Shown: positions 13,806-30,997 of the stretch, one piece after another | Layout: each line of letters opens with the position of its first letter | Position numbering within the stretch: the stretch's first letter is position 1 | Assembly (NCBI GenBank): GCA_964016885.1 | Contig: OZ024760.1 | Span: 22,134,001-22,198,000, forward strand | Origin: Eledone cirrhosa | Lineage: Eukaryota | DNA length: 64,000 nucleotides | Reading direction: 5' to 3' | Translations under genes and position numbers: made by a program | The notes under the pieces: generated by a model | Databases searched by the model: none | What the model was told of the DNA's origin: nothing | Seen by the model: the letters and a program-made list of their open reading frames with translations, nothing else

Positions 13806-14576
13806 TACATAATATATATATACATATATATGCACATATATATATATATATATACATACTTGTATATCTATGAATATATATATACATATATATACATATA
13901 TATATATACACACACACACATATATATATATATATACACAGACATATATATACATATATACACACACATATACATATATATATACACACACTTATATATA
14001 TATATACACACACTTCCACGAACATATAAGCTTATTGTCATACAAGAATACTCACAGAATATGACGCAAAGACGAGAAGTAGCGAGAAAGATTTGGACAA
14101 ACTCCAGATTGACAAACATCCCATAGCAATGGTTGCTATGACGATATGGTGCAGAGACAAGGGTTTGGGGATGGTGGTGGTGGTGGTGGTGGTCAGGGTG
14201 ATGGTGGCCGTAGTGGTGGTGCTGATGCTGGGGGATGATGTGAATAATGGTGGTGGTGTTCGTGGTGGGGTATATGAAAGTTTGATAGGAAATTTATGCA
14301 CTTGGAAACGGATGTAAGGTTGTTGAAGATGATGTTGCTGATGTTGTTGATGTTGTTGATGTTGTTGATGTTGTTGTTGTAGCTTTGGACAAAGTAGTGG
14401 TCACGTGGTCTTGCTGGTTGTCTGTACAATATGTGTGCGTAGTAAAAATATTTACATACATACATACAAAGAGGCATACATGTAGGATTATATACGTACA
14501 TACATACATATACACAGGCATACATAAATACAGGCATGCATATATGCTTACATACGTATATATATATGAATGGTGC

Positions 14577-14650
<74 letters not shown>

Positions 14651-14689
14651 ATATATATTTATATATAAGATAATAGAGGTGTAACACAC

Positions 14690-14822
14690 GAGTTGTGATA
14701 TATTAGTAAAAGGAAAAGAAAATGCTGACAAATTTTCCCCAGTGAAAAATAGTTTAATTCCTAATTAAACTATTTTTCACTGGGAAAAATTTGTCAGCAT
14801 TTTCTTTTCCTTTTACTAATAT
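14690..14822. mobile_element. Fold-back palindromic insertion in (TA)n, no HHR retained
   Basis: ~60-bp inverted arms around AATTCCTAATT. Confidence 0.6.
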
Positions 14823-14846
14823 ATATATGTATATATATATATATAG

Positions 14847-15173
14847 TAATAATTGTTTCTACTTTAGGAACAAGGCCAGCAAATACCCAGTGCATTACTG
14901 GTACTTTATTTTATCGACCCCGTAAGGATGAAAGGCAAAGTTAACCTCGGCGGGATTTGAACTCAGAATTGAAAGGGCCGTAACTCTATGAGTCAAAGCA
15001 AGGCGTCCGACCCTCTACCGATAGTGCCAATCCACCGCCCTATTATTATTATTATAATAAATTTAATAATTGTTTCTACTTTTGGCACAAGGCCAGCAAT
15101 TAGCCAGTACATTACTGGTACTTTATTTTATCAACCCCATGAGGATGAAAGGCAAAGTTAACCTCGGCGAGGT
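14847..15173 (-). mobile_element. SINE S1: full copy plus 5'-truncated copy
   Basis: tRNA-like head (GGATTGGCACTATCGGTAGA...GAGTTCAAATCC on the minus strand) plus the conserved central domain. Confidence 0.85.
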
Positions 15174-15204
15174 AATAATGAACTTTAATCTGTTATTTTA
15201 ATAA

Positions 15205-15262
<58 letters not shown>

Positions 15263-15379
15263 AATATGGGGAGAAGAATACTGCATGGTTGCACATGGAT
15301 AACATGTTATAAAATGTGTCCCTCATCAGTGATTTGCCAACGGTCATTGGTATTTCATTGCATTATATATATATGTCTG

Positions 15380-15446
<67 letters not shown>

Positions 15447-15531
15447 ACTGTGTACAATTGTCTCCTATGTTTTGTCCGTTCATTTTCAACTATATATATA
15501 TATATATACATATATATATACACATATATTT

Positions 15532-15705
15532 AGTTATGTAATAAACAACATAAGACACAGACGTCTGGGTCGAGCTCGTCTGTCTTTCGTTAAACCTTTG
15601 GTAAATGGAATAATTGTCTTATGTTGTTTATTACATAGCTAAATAGCTCTGTAGCTTACATAGAGCACTCTCCTTTCCTTTATGTTTCCTACGGAAACAC
15701 TTAAT
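15532..15705 (+). mobile_element. Family G unit, truncated, short inverted arm
   Basis: Homologous to 42850-42975. Confidence 0.7.
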
Positions 15706-15930
15706 ACATATATATATATATATACACACACATATATATATATATATATATAGTACACCCTATTCTTAGACATACGTTCTTTAACACACTACACATAAGA
15801 TTGTATGATGAAGTTGTTACGATACCATGTTTGACTTCCCCATAGTTCTACAGAGGAAGACTAAAACAGACGACATTTACATAACAATCGCATACATAAG
15901 ACATATATACTTACATATATACATAAATAT

Positions 15931-15981
<51 letters not shown>

Positions 15982-16019
15982 CGTACATGCATACATAGTT
16001 ACATACATATATACATGAT

Positions 16020-16410
16020 GGATTTAAACTATGATAAGAGCATTGCAATCGCTTGTCAGATTACAGAAAATGGCGCACCTTTATTCTACGGCCAACCACA
16101 TGAACCTGTAACATATCTTGAATAAGCAATGCCTGTACTTTGAAGGTTTTTTTCAAGTGGGGAAGGGCCTTGCACTCGACCAAACCCCTCTCTGAGCATC
16201 GAAAACACTAACCGAAAAGGAGAACTGGTCAATAACATCGGATGCTTCCGCTGCCACAGGTTTTTTTTCCAGAGTTTCCCTCTCCTAGACAGGTGTTATG
16301 GCAACAACTGGGAGCCTTTCAAACATACATACATACATGGTGGCTGCCAACTCGTTTTCGAGTACGGCCACTACTTTATATCCATGTAGGAGAACCCCTA
16401 CTGATGCGTA
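16020..16410 (+). mobile_element. Family E-related element plus family E 5' fragment
   Basis: Shares GCAATGCCTGT, CCAGAGTTTCCCTCTCCTAGA and TGGTGGCTGCCAACTCG motifs with family E. Confidence 0.6.
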
Positions 16411-17244
16411 CATACATGTGTACATATGTAGATACATACTTATAAACATACATATTAGTATACATACATACGTACATACATACATACATACGTACATACA
16501 TACATATTAATATACGTACATATACGTACATATACGTACATATATACATATACGTACATATCTATATACATATATACGTACATATATACGTACATATACG
16601 TACTTATACGTACATATATACATATACGTACATATCTATATAAATATATACGTACATATAAACATATACGTATATATACGTACATATACGTACATATACG
16701 TACATATATACATATATACGTACATATCTATATACATATATACGTACATATATACATATACGTACATATACGTACATATCTATATACATATATACGTACA
16801 TATATACATATACGTACATATACGTACATATACGTACATATATACATATACGTACATATCTATATACATATATACGTACATATACGTACATATACGTACA
16901 TATACGTACATATATACGTACATATATACATAACTATATACATACACAGCAAATGCCTACATATACATCACAACGAAACATTCTATCTCTTATTCCATAA
17001 ACCAATTCCATACCAAGTTATTTCTATGCAAGAATTACACAATTTTCGTTTTGCCAGGCAATTTAGAAATTGTCATATGAAAAGACGCAAAAACTTCTTC
17101 ACTGAAACACAATTTCTTTACAAATCGATCAAAACTCGACTGAAAATAGCACTCCACATTCACACACATACGCACACACACATACACACATACACACACA
17201 CATACACACATACACACACACAGACACACATGGACACACATACG

Positions 17245-17280
<36 letters not shown>

Positions 17281-17627
17281 GACACATATAAACACACAGA
17301 CACAGGCGCACACACATACACACACATACACAGACACTCATGGACACACATACGCACACACACACACACATAGACACACGCATACACACATATGAACACA
17401 TACATACACACACACATACACACATACACACACACATACACACATACACACACACAGACACACATGGACACACATACGCACACACACACACACACAAACA
17501 CACACACAGACACATATAAACACACAGACACAGGCGCACACACACACACACACATACACAGACACTCATGGACACACATACGCACACACACACACACATA
17601 GACACACGCATACACACATATGAACAC

Positions 17628-17659
<32 letters not shown>

Positions 17660-17835
17660 AGACACACACAGACACACATGAACACACATACACGCACACA
17701 CACACAGACATATGGACACACAGACACACACACATGCATGCACACACATACACGCGCACACATACACACGCACACACACACACTCTCTCTATATCAACCT
17801 ATCTCTGCCTTATTTTCACAACCCTCTCAACTTTT

Positions 17836-17894
<59 letters not shown>

Positions 17895-18109
17895 CATACC
17901 CCCCCATATCTTTCCCTTATTTTTGTAGCCCTTTTATTTCTCCATCCCCCCTCTCTATATGTATGTATACGTGTGTGTATATATATCTATATATATATGT
18001 ATATATAGCGCCCTGTCTCCCTCTCCCTCTTTATATATATATATATATACCTCCTCTGTCCCCCCCCCCTCTCTCCCTCTTTATATATATATATATATAC
18101 CTCCTCTGT

Positions 18110-18142
<33 letters not shown>

Positions 18143-18406
18143 ATGTATATATATATATACACGCCCTCTTTTTCTACCCTCTCTCTACATCAGTCCGCAT
18201 GTACTCCTCGCAAACTATTCAATCAAAGATTTTGGCATACATGCACACACATACACGCGCACACATACACACACTCTTCTCTTATACATACACACACACA
18301 TACACACCCATATATTATTTACCTACATACACACATATGTACTCATACACGCACACACATTTCTACACCATCTATATACATAAATAAATTCCTATATATA
18401 TATATA

Positions 18407-18436
<30 letters not shown>

Positions 18437-18439
<3 letters not shown>

Positions 18440-18535
18440 TGTCACCCAAAAATGTATACACATTTTGATTACCTGTACAGGCAATATTTATTAGAATGCT
18501 GTTGGAGTGTGTATACATTTTTTTGGGACACCCTC
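18437..18535. mobile_element. Small Tc1-like MITE remnant
   Basis: Inverted ends GTGTCACCCAAAAATGTATACAC / GTGTATACATTTTTTTGGGACAC. Confidence 0.55.
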
Positions 18536-18544
18536 CCCCTCTCT

Positions 18545-20715
<2,171 letters not shown>

Positions 20716-21349
20716 GAGTGGGGCGAGTGTGTGAGATGGCGGTGGTGGTGCAGTTGGATGTGTGGAGTGTGTGCGGAGTGTGTGTGTGAGTGTGTATGTG
20801 TGTCTGAGTGTGTGAGTGTGTGTGTGTGTGTGTGAGTGTGTGAGAGTAATGAATCGCTTCGAGCATGAAGTTATTTTGGCTCCAAATTGACTCAGAATCC
20901 GAGAATCCATTCCCAGTATCATATTGTATAAGATATATGTGTATGTATGTATGTATGTATGTATGTATGTATGTATGTACGTATATATGTACGTATGCAT
21001 GTATATATGCATGCATGTATGTAAGTATATATGTATATATGCATGTATGTATGTATATATGTATGTATGCATGATGTATGTATGTATATATGTATACATG
21101 TATGTATGTATGTATGTATGTATATATGTATACATGCATGCATGTATGTATATATGTATACATGCATGTATGTATATATGTGTGTATACATGCATGTATG
21201 TATGTATGTATATATGTATGTATGCATGTATATATGCATGTATTCATGTATATATGTATGTATGCACGTATGTATATATGTATGTATGTATGTATGCATA
21301 TATGTGTGTATATTCTTCTTGTTTCATTATTTTATAAATGTTTACCAAT

Positions 21350-21386
<37 letters not shown>

Positions 21387-21827
21387 GAGAGAGAGAGATA
21401 AAGATAGAGATAGAGAGAGAGAGAGAGAGCAGTTTTCTTACATAGACACAAGTCTCTTTCATTCTAATTTACACAAGATCAACAAGGTATTTATTGGGTT
21501 TTTGACATATATGTATGTATATATACATATATATGTATATATACATATATATGTATGTATATATATATATGTATATGTATATGTATATATATATATATGT
21601 ATATATATATATCTATATGAGTCTCTGTGTATGTGTAGGTATGGATGTTATTGTATGTGTGGATCAGTAGCTTTTCAATTATATGTGGATAATTGCCTAT
21701 GTAGTTATTACATGCAGAATTTTTGGAATGTTTTACATATATTTACAGTTCCATTAATGGATTCTACTTGTACCCTCCTAACTAATTATGTCCTTTCTGG
21801 TTCTGTGAAGTTTCTTTAATATTATAT

Positions 21828-22830
21828 TGGCATCTGCAGAGCAGCTAACTTCCCACAGCTGTGCATTGCCTTCTTTTCCCTGTCCTATATCACTATATCT
21901 GGTCTGTTATGCTTGCATTTTATTGGGGTTTTGACTGGCATCTGCTGGTCACGTAACTTCCCACAGCTGTGCATTGCCTTCTTTTCCCTGTCCTATATCA
22001 CTATATCTGGTCTGTTATGCTTGCATTTTATTGGGGTTTTGACTGGCATCTGCTGGTCACGTAACTTCCCACAGCTGTGCATTGCCTTCTTTTCCCTGTC
22101 CTATATCACTATATCTGGTCTGTTATGCTTGCATTTTATTGGGGTTTTGACTGGCATCTGCTGGTCACGTAACTTCCCACAGCTGTGCATGCCTTCTTTT
22201 CCCTGTCCTATATCATTATATCTGGTCTGTTATGCTTGCTTTTTATTGGGGTTTTGACTGGCATCTGCTGGTCACCTAACTTCCCACAGCTGTGCATGAC
22301 TTCTTTTCCCTGTCCTATATCACTATATCTAGTCTGTTATGCTTGCATTTTATTGGGGTTTTGACTGGCATCTGCTGGTCACCTAACTTCCCACAGCTGC
22401 ACATGACTTCTTTTCCTTGTCCTATATCACTATATCAGGTCTGTTATGCTTGCATTTTATTGGGGTTTTGACTGGCATCTGCTGGTCACCTAACTTCCCA
22501 CAGCTGCACATGACTTCTTTTCCTTGTTCTATATCACTATATCTAGTCTGTTATGCTTGCATTTTATTGGGGTTTTGACTGGCATCTGCTGGTCACCTAA
22601 CTTCCCACAGCTGCACATGACTTCTTTTCCTTGTCCTATATCACTATATCTAGTCTGTTATGCTTGCATTTTATTGGGGTTTTGACTGGCATCTGCTGGT
22701 CACCTAACTTCCCACAGCTGCACATGACTTCTTTTCCTTGTCCTATATCACTATATCTGGTCTGTTATGCTTGTTTTTTATTAGTGTTTTGACTGGAACA
22801 TTCCACCAGTACTCTTTCATATTATGTATG
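21828..22830 (-). repeat. 107/108-bp minisatellite (~9 copies) derived from the RLE endonuclease region of a non-LTR retrotransposon
   Basis: Minus strand translates as KEYWWNVPVKT..KHNRPDIVI*D.EKK.C..VEV..PAD (needs one frameshift), a PD-(D/E)xK motif of the R4/Dong/NeSL type. Confidence 0.7.
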
Positions 22831-23074
22831 CATATATCTTCCACATGCTGTAACTTTTAATGTTTATTGTCAAAGATATCCTTTCTACTGAATGCATTGT
22901 TTAGTGTTTTGGCCTCATAAGTAAGTAGCAGTGTAATGACAGTGTAATGGACAGCTGCTTATGATGGGTCACATTCTTCACATCTATGTGTTTTGCTTGC
23001 ATCCGTATCTGCCTTGTGAATCAGGTTTTTGTATTGATTTCCTGTTCATGGATTACAAAAGGGTATATTTCAAA

Positions 23075-23245
23075 GTGAGGGCCAAGGGTCCGGACCCAAT
23101 GGCTGAGCTTTTGTCGTTTTAACAGCTAGTTCCCGACAGGAAATAGCTGTTGAAATGACAAAGGCTCATCCATCGAGTCCTGCCTCTTTATAATTATATT
23201 CTACTACTTTATAACTATATTCTACTACTTCAAGTATCGAGTACA
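23075..23245 (+). mobile_element. Diverged family C-like fold-back unit
   Basis: Imperfect palindrome around AGCTAGTTCCCGACAGGAAATAGCT; tail contains GTATCGAGTAC. Confidence 0.5.
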
Positions 23246-23269
23246 AAAGAAATATATTTCTTTTGTCAC

Positions 23270-23356
23270 GAGTCTGACGAGCAGATCGATACTGGATTCG
23301 CGTCGATAACTCCTATGGGTTACCTTGAGCCAATCCTCTGCGAAACGAACGTAAAA
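23270..23356 (+). ncRNA. Hammerhead ribozyme with extended stem II (family I)
   Basis: CUGACGA-GCAGA..GGAUU..UAAC..GUUA..AAUCC-UCUGC-GAAA-C-GAAC-GUA^; stem I is weak. Confidence 0.6.
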
Positions 23357-23425
23357 GGTCGATACACAATAAATATTCTTTATATGTAAACAAAATCTCC
23401 TCGATTATTACATCTATCATATCTA

Positions 23426-23782
<357 letters not shown>

Positions 23783-23873
23783 ATATATATATATATATAG
23801 ATAAATAGATATATCGATATATGTAATAGAAATAATCGAGGAGGTTTTGTTTACTTATAAAGAATATATATAT

Positions 23874-24129
23874 AAGGAAAAAAGATGAAATCGAAAATGC
23901 AACTGGAGTTTTTTTTAAATATTTATTTGGCTCCTTTAACGGATTCGCAGTTCTTGTGCTTTTCAAAAGTAGAATTGATATAGAAGGTTTGTGGTTTTTC
24001 GAAACCCTTAAAGGAGCCAAATAAATATTTAAAAATAGACTCCAGTTGCATTTTCGATTTCATGTTTTTCCTTTGTACTTTCACTTGTGTAGGACACGTG
24101 TTTTTTTCTTCATTTTGTAAAAAAATCTC

Positions 24130-24227
<98 letters not shown>

Positions 24228-24270
24228 GAGATTTTTTTACAAAATGAAAAAAAAAAACAGGTGTCCTAAG
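23874..24270. mobile_element. Family J fold-back unit plus an opposing copy of its tail across (TA)n
   Basis: Arms 23874-23950 and 24000-24075; tail 24090-24138 reappears reverse-complemented at 24218-24268. Confidence 0.6.
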
Positions 24271-24322
24271 ATGTTATAAAATGTTTAGGCTTGTTGAATC
24301 CCAACAAATTAAATATAACCTC

Positions 24323-24379
<57 letters not shown>

Positions 24380-24430
24380 GGGAAGATAGGGAGAGAAATA
24401 CAAACTCATACGAGCGCGCGCACATACACA

Positions 24431-24503
<73 letters not shown>

Positions 24504-24939
24504 TGTATGTGTATGTGTGTGTGTCTGCGCGCGTGTGTGTGTGTGTGTGAGTGTATATATGTATGTGTGTGTATATATATCGCGTGTGTAGCGTATATCT
24601 AAGTGAGAGTTAGAAGTATTGAGGTACTGATTAAATGAACAAAATGAAAGCCAAATATTGCACTGATACACTTTACATCCGCCATTTTCTCAGTACATTT
24701 CTCTCTGTAGAGTATGATTATATTTCAGCATCATTTATATTTTATTTTATCATTTGATGGCAATATATCGCTTTAAACTATATATCAATTTATTGGAGAA
24801 TATATCTGACATAAATTGTATCAATATATACACTGTGTGGCGTTTATGTACTTCGTTTATGTGGATATATATACTATATATATATATATGTATATATATA
24901 TGCATGTATGTATGTATATATTTATATATATATATATAT

Positions 24940-25313
24940 TCTAGGAGAAGGAAAACTCTGATATAACACCTGCAACTGTGATGGTATCCAATGATGTTGA
25001 CTTGTTCTTCTTTTTGGTAAATATCATCTTGGTTAAGAGAGTGGGACTGGCTTTGTGCAGTGCCTTTGCTTACTATAAAAGCTTCACGGCACAGGCATTG
25101 CTTTATATCTGGAGATCTCTCTGCACTTGTCGTCACATGGTACCATGGGCCCAGCACTGTGTGTCAATAATTGTCACAAGTGTAGTGTTTGTACCAGAGT
25201 TTTCAAGTCGCTGGCTGGACTAAAAAATCACACTCGTTCAGCGCATCGGTAGGAGTTCTCCTACTTGGATATAAAGTAGTGGCCGTACTCGAAAACGAGT
25301 TGGCAGCCACCAT
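24940..25313 (-). mobile_element. Family E copy
   Basis: Reverse complement of 10218-10610. Confidence 0.75.
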
Positions 25314-25345
25314 ATATATATATACATGTATGTATGTATATATTT

Positions 25346-25379
<34 letters not shown>

Positions 25380-25382
25380 ATG

Positions 25383-25414
<32 letters not shown>

Positions 25415-25567
25415 CATGTATGTATGTATATATATATATACACATGTATGTATGTATGTATATATATATATATCTATATACATCTATGAATGTATATATA
25501 TTACTCGATAACGAGGGGGCAGCCATCATATGTATGTGTATATATATACATACATATATATATATAT

Positions 25568-25652
<85 letters not shown>

Positions 25653-25877
25653 CATATATATATATATATACATACATATATATATATACATATATACATA
25701 CATATATATATATACATACATATATATATACATACATATATATATATATATACATACACATATTTATATATACATACATATATATATACATACACATATT
25801 TATATATACATACATATATATATACATACACATATTTATATATACATACATATATATATACATACACATATTTATAT

Positions 25878-25964
<87 letters not shown>

Positions 25965-26055
25965 GATAGAGACAGATATGTATTTATATATATATGTAGA
26001 TCCATGTATATATATGTATATACACGTAGTACATATATATGTATATGTGTATATA

Positions 26056-26642
26056 ACCCAGTTTCCTGAGTGTCCTTCTCCTAGAAGCATGCCCTGACAA
26101 AAGCTAGGGGTCATTCACTCCCATTGGTTTAACCGCATGATTGGGTGTCCAGCCCGACTATTACTATGTCCCCGCGCACATACATACACATGCACCCATG
26201 TATACACATATACATATACATACATACGTACATGTGTATATATACATATTTACACATTTTTGGATGGCCGTTGACCCTTATGAGTTCTTCCGCCCTTTGT
26301 CAGGTTTTGTCTTTTGTCCTGCAGGGTGTCCAAAATCACCCTCCTCACCAAGTAAACTTGGTGGGGTTGCTGGTTTAGTCGCCGATGACTCGACCATGCG
26401 ACAGGTTGTACTGGGTTACATGTTACCAGTAGCACTCAAGAGTTACCGATGATGTTGATATTTTCTTCTTTTCCGGTTATACCTACTGTCGCTCAGAAGT
26501 GAGATTGGCTCAGTGCACAGTCTTTTCTCACTTTAAAAAATATCTTCACGCACAGGCATTGCACGATAGAATTAATTACTAATTATTAATAATGGTATAT
26601 CGTGCAATGGCCATACTCGATAACGAGGGGGCAGTCATCATA
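26056..26642. mobile_element. Family E-related fragments, partly inverted
   Basis: 26258-26435 matches 10655-10830; 26445-26560 is a reverse-complement E-like core. Confidence 0.6.
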
Positions 26643-26651
26643 TGTGTATAT

Positions 26652-26761
26652 ATAATTGTTTCTACTTTAGGCACAAGGCCAGCAATTACCCAGTGCATTA
26701 CTGGTACTTTATTTTATCGACCCCGTAAGGATGAAAGGCAAAGTCAACCTCGGCGGGATTT
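26652..26761 (-). mobile_element. SINE S1 3' half
   Basis: Central domain and tail. Confidence 0.8.
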
Positions 26762-27269
26762 GATATATATATACATATGTGTATATATAATGCATACATA
26801 TAATACACATATGTGCGTGTGTGTGTGCATGTGTATGTCTGTGAAAGAGAGTGTGTGTGTATATACATTTACATACTTATTTGTATGTCATACATTTTCC
26901 TATTACCCACTCTACTACCCTAAGTATTGAGTACTCTGGTGCGTTATGGTCCATCTGGTTCCTTACCACAACTCCTTCGTTATATATATATATATATATT
27001 AAACACACTTTTGTACTGAATCTGTTGCTCTATTCCGTCTCCAACAAATAAGAGCGTCCCAACACAATTGTGAATAATAGTTTCTTAACCATTCGATTCT
27101 GCTTCCTCTACATTTTTTGATAAAGCTGTTTCTCACCACCCCTAATTTCCTAAGACTCAATATTCTTCTAGGCCAAAAAGTTAACCTGTAAGTGGCTGAG
27201 CATTCATCAAAGATCTTTAATATAATTCGCGGCGAATTTTAGCGAGGTACAGTTTGTTACAAAATTAAA

Positions 27270-27615
27270 TTCAGTCCGATGGGCTTCCACACAGTTTCCA
27301 TCTACCAAATTTGTCTCACAAGTCATGGAGTGATCTGAGGCCACTATGATAAATACGACTTGCCCATTATGCCAAGGAGTGGGATCAAACTTGGGAGATA
27401 AGAATTGAGGAACGAACTCCTTACAATTTCGGCCATTTTTTTTTACAGATACATAAAATACTTTGAATTGTAAAACTGTTTGCTACCTCTTTATATATTT
27501 TTGTATTTATTACTACATCTTTGCTGCAAAATGGGCGAAAGTTTAAGGAGTTCGTTCTTGAATTCTTATCTCTCAGGTTTGATCCCACTATATGGCATAA
27601 TAGGCAAGCGTTATT
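27270..27615. mobile_element. SINE remnant with ~100-bp inverted duplication
   Basis: 27350-27450 is the diverged reverse complement of 27520-27615. Confidence 0.5.
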
Positions 27616-27750
27616 TACCCCCGCGTCCCCCTTATTTACGTGTCCCAACGTCTTTTTTTAGCCGTTGCTCGCACCAACCGGAGGTATATGGTCTTTAAAG
27701 CGATGAAATGCCTATGATGGTTGGAAGATCACTGATGAAGGACAAACTTT

Positions 27751-27795
<45 letters not shown>

Positions 27796-27830
27796 AGTGA
27801 GTGTAAGTGTGTGTGTGCATTTATATATGT

Positions 27831-27873
<43 letters not shown>

Positions 27874-27917
27874 CACACATATATATATATAAATGTATAT
27901 ATATATATATATGTATG

Positions 27918-27961
<44 letters not shown>

Positions 27962-28473
27962 AGTGTGTGTGTGTGAGTGTGAGTGTGAGTGTGAGTGTGA
28001 GTGTGTGAGTGTGAGTGTGAGTGTGAGTGTGAGTGTGTGTGTGTGAGTGTGAGTGTGAGTGTGTGAGTGTGTGTGTGTGTGTGAGTGTGAGTGTGAGTGT
28101 GAGTGTGTGTGTGTGTGTGCACATATATAAATATCTGCTCATACACATTCATTATCACATTTCCCGAGATTAATAAAAATAGCAAACAAAAGAAATCACC
28201 AAATACAAAAAACAAAGTTGCCCGAGGAGTTGGTGTGTGTGTGTGTGTGTGTGTGAGTGTGTGTGTGTGTGAGTCTAAATATGTGTGTATATATATATAG
28301 ATGTATGTGTGTGTGAGTGTGTGAGTCTATATATGTGTGTATATATATAGAGAGAGATAGATAGATAGATGTATGTGTATGTGAGTGTGTGAGTCTATAT
28401 ATGTGTGTGTGTATATATATATATATATATAGATAGATAGATATGTGTGTGTGAGTGTGTGAGTCTATATATG

Positions 28474-28505
<32 letters not shown>

Positions 28506-28906
28506 TATGTGTGTGTGAGTGTGTGAGTCTATATATGTGTGTATATATATATATATAAATATATATATAGATAGATATGTGTGTGTGAGTGTGTGAGTCT
28601 ATATATGTATATATATATATATATATATATAGATAGATAGATAGATAGATATGTGTGTGTGTGTGTGTGTGTGTGAAACCTCCCCACACACACACACACA
28701 CACATATCTATCTATCTATCTATCTATATATATATATATATATAGATAGATAGATAGATAGATGTGTGTGTGAGTCTATTCTATATATGTGTGTATATAT
28801 ATATATATATATAGATAGATAGATATGTGTGTGTGTGCGTGTGTGTGAGTCTATATATGTGTGTATATATATATAGAGAGAGAGAGATAGATAGATAGAT
28901 AGATAG

Positions 28907-28975
<69 letters not shown>

Positions 28976-30559
28976 GATAGATATGTGTGTGTGAGTGTGT
29001 GAGTCTATATATGTGTATATATATATATATATATATAGATAGATAGATATATGTGTGTGAGTGTGTGAGTCTATATATGTATATATATATATATATATAT
29101 AGATAGATAGATAGATAGATATGTGTGTGTGAGTGTGTGAGTCTATATATATATAATAGATAGATAGATAGATAGATATGTGTGTGTGTGTGTGTGTGTG
29201 AAACCTCCCCACACATCGACAACACAATGGAATCGATGTAAACATATTTGAAACTAATGTCAAGACGAGATGAGACTTTCGATGACATCTAAATATAACT
29301 CGGTTATTTCCAGGACGTAAGAGGAAGCAAAGAATACACAAACACACACATACATACATACATATACATACATACATACATACATACATACATACACAAA
29401 CACATACATACATACATACATACACATACATACATATACACATACACATACATACATACATACAGATATACATACACACATACATACACACACATACATA
29501 CACACATACATACATACACATACATACATACACACATACATACATACATAGACACAGGCACATACATGTATGTGTGTATGTATGTGTGTGTGTGTATGTA
29601 TGTACCTGTGTCTGTGTATCTGTATGTGTGTGTGTGTGTGTGTGTGTATGTGTGTGCGTATATGTATGTGTGTGTGTGTATGTATGTACCTGTGTCTGTG
29701 TATCTGTATGTATGTTTGTGTGTGTATGTATGTACCTGTGTCTGTGTATCTGTATGTGTGTGTGTGTGTGTATGTATGTACCTGTGTCTGTGTATCTGTA
29801 TGTATGTATGTGTGTTTGTATGTATGTACCGGTGTATGTGTGTGTGTATATGTATGTGTGTGTGTGTATGTATGTACCTCTGTCTGTGTATCTGTATGTG
29901 TGTGTGTGTGTATGTATGTGTATATGTATGCGTATATGTATGTGTGTGTGTTTGTATGTATGTACCTGTGTCTGTGTATCTGTATGTATGTGTGTGTGTG
30001 TATGTATGTATGTATGTATGTGTATCTGTATATGTGTGTGTAGCTATACACAATCACACAGAATTGTATAAGAAATAAAAAATAACATTCCCCTAGTGGA
30101 ACAAACGAACGAAAATACGAATTCTGCGGCTGTGTTTGTTTGCAAGTATGTGTGTATATGTTTGTGTTTGTGTGTGTGTTTGTGCGTGATTCTCTATGTG
30201 GGTGAGTGTATGACAGTTTGATAATATGTGTACTCCATCTTGGTAAGTTATATGTATGTAAATCGTGAATGAATGGTGTGGAGAGCTAATCGATATCTAG
30301 GAATTGCTTTCAAAAATGTTATATCATTCGGGAGACTGACATTACAAAAATATAATACAAATTACGTAATGATACCCGTGTAGAAATATTTACCTATCTG
30401 TCCCTCTATCTATCTATCTATCTATCTATAATTATGTCTGTCTGTCTGTCTATCTGCCATTCTGTCTGTCTGCCTGTCTATCTATCTGCCATTCTGTCTG
30501 TCTGCCTGTCTATCTATCTGCCATTCTGTCTGTCTGCCTGTCTATCTATCTAGCTATAA

Positions 30560-30997
30560 GCCTGTAGGTGGAAAAGAGGAAGGAACGAGGGAGCACCCCC
30601 TCTCTGTGCTCCTGAGGAGAAGGGTTGCTCACTTTTTTCGGGGGTGTGTGCGACCCCCCAAGGCGCCTCCTCTCTATTGAGGATTTTGTTATAATTTTAT
30701 TTTTTGTTATATTTTATTTTATTTTTATATATTGTTATTGCCTCCTCCCTATTGAGGACGCCTTGTTTTGTAAACTCCCCCCATTTGTACTTGTCCTACT
30801 TTTGATGCCCTGGTGGCAAATAAAAGAAACATATCTATCTAGCTGTGTATGTATGTATGTATGTAGTATCATTGGGGAAAATCGATTAATTTTAAAATTG
30901 CATTTGTCATAATATTTTACGTTTTTATTGTATGTAAACTTCCCCCTTTGTATTTGTCCCCTTCTTTTGTGCCCCTGTGGCTAATAAAGAAACATAT
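30560..30997 (+). mobile_element. Two LINE-like 3' ends (AATAAA(A)GAAACA) running into (TATC)n; possibly Tx1/L1 type
   Basis: Homologous 3' segments 30770-30832 and 30932-30995, each with a polyA signal abutting TATC repeats. Confidence 0.45.

Noticed and set aside
15258-15364. CUGAUGA-containing inserts (also 27700-27755) as permuted HHRs
   Set aside because: GAAA lies upstream, but no convincing stem I or stem II can be formed.
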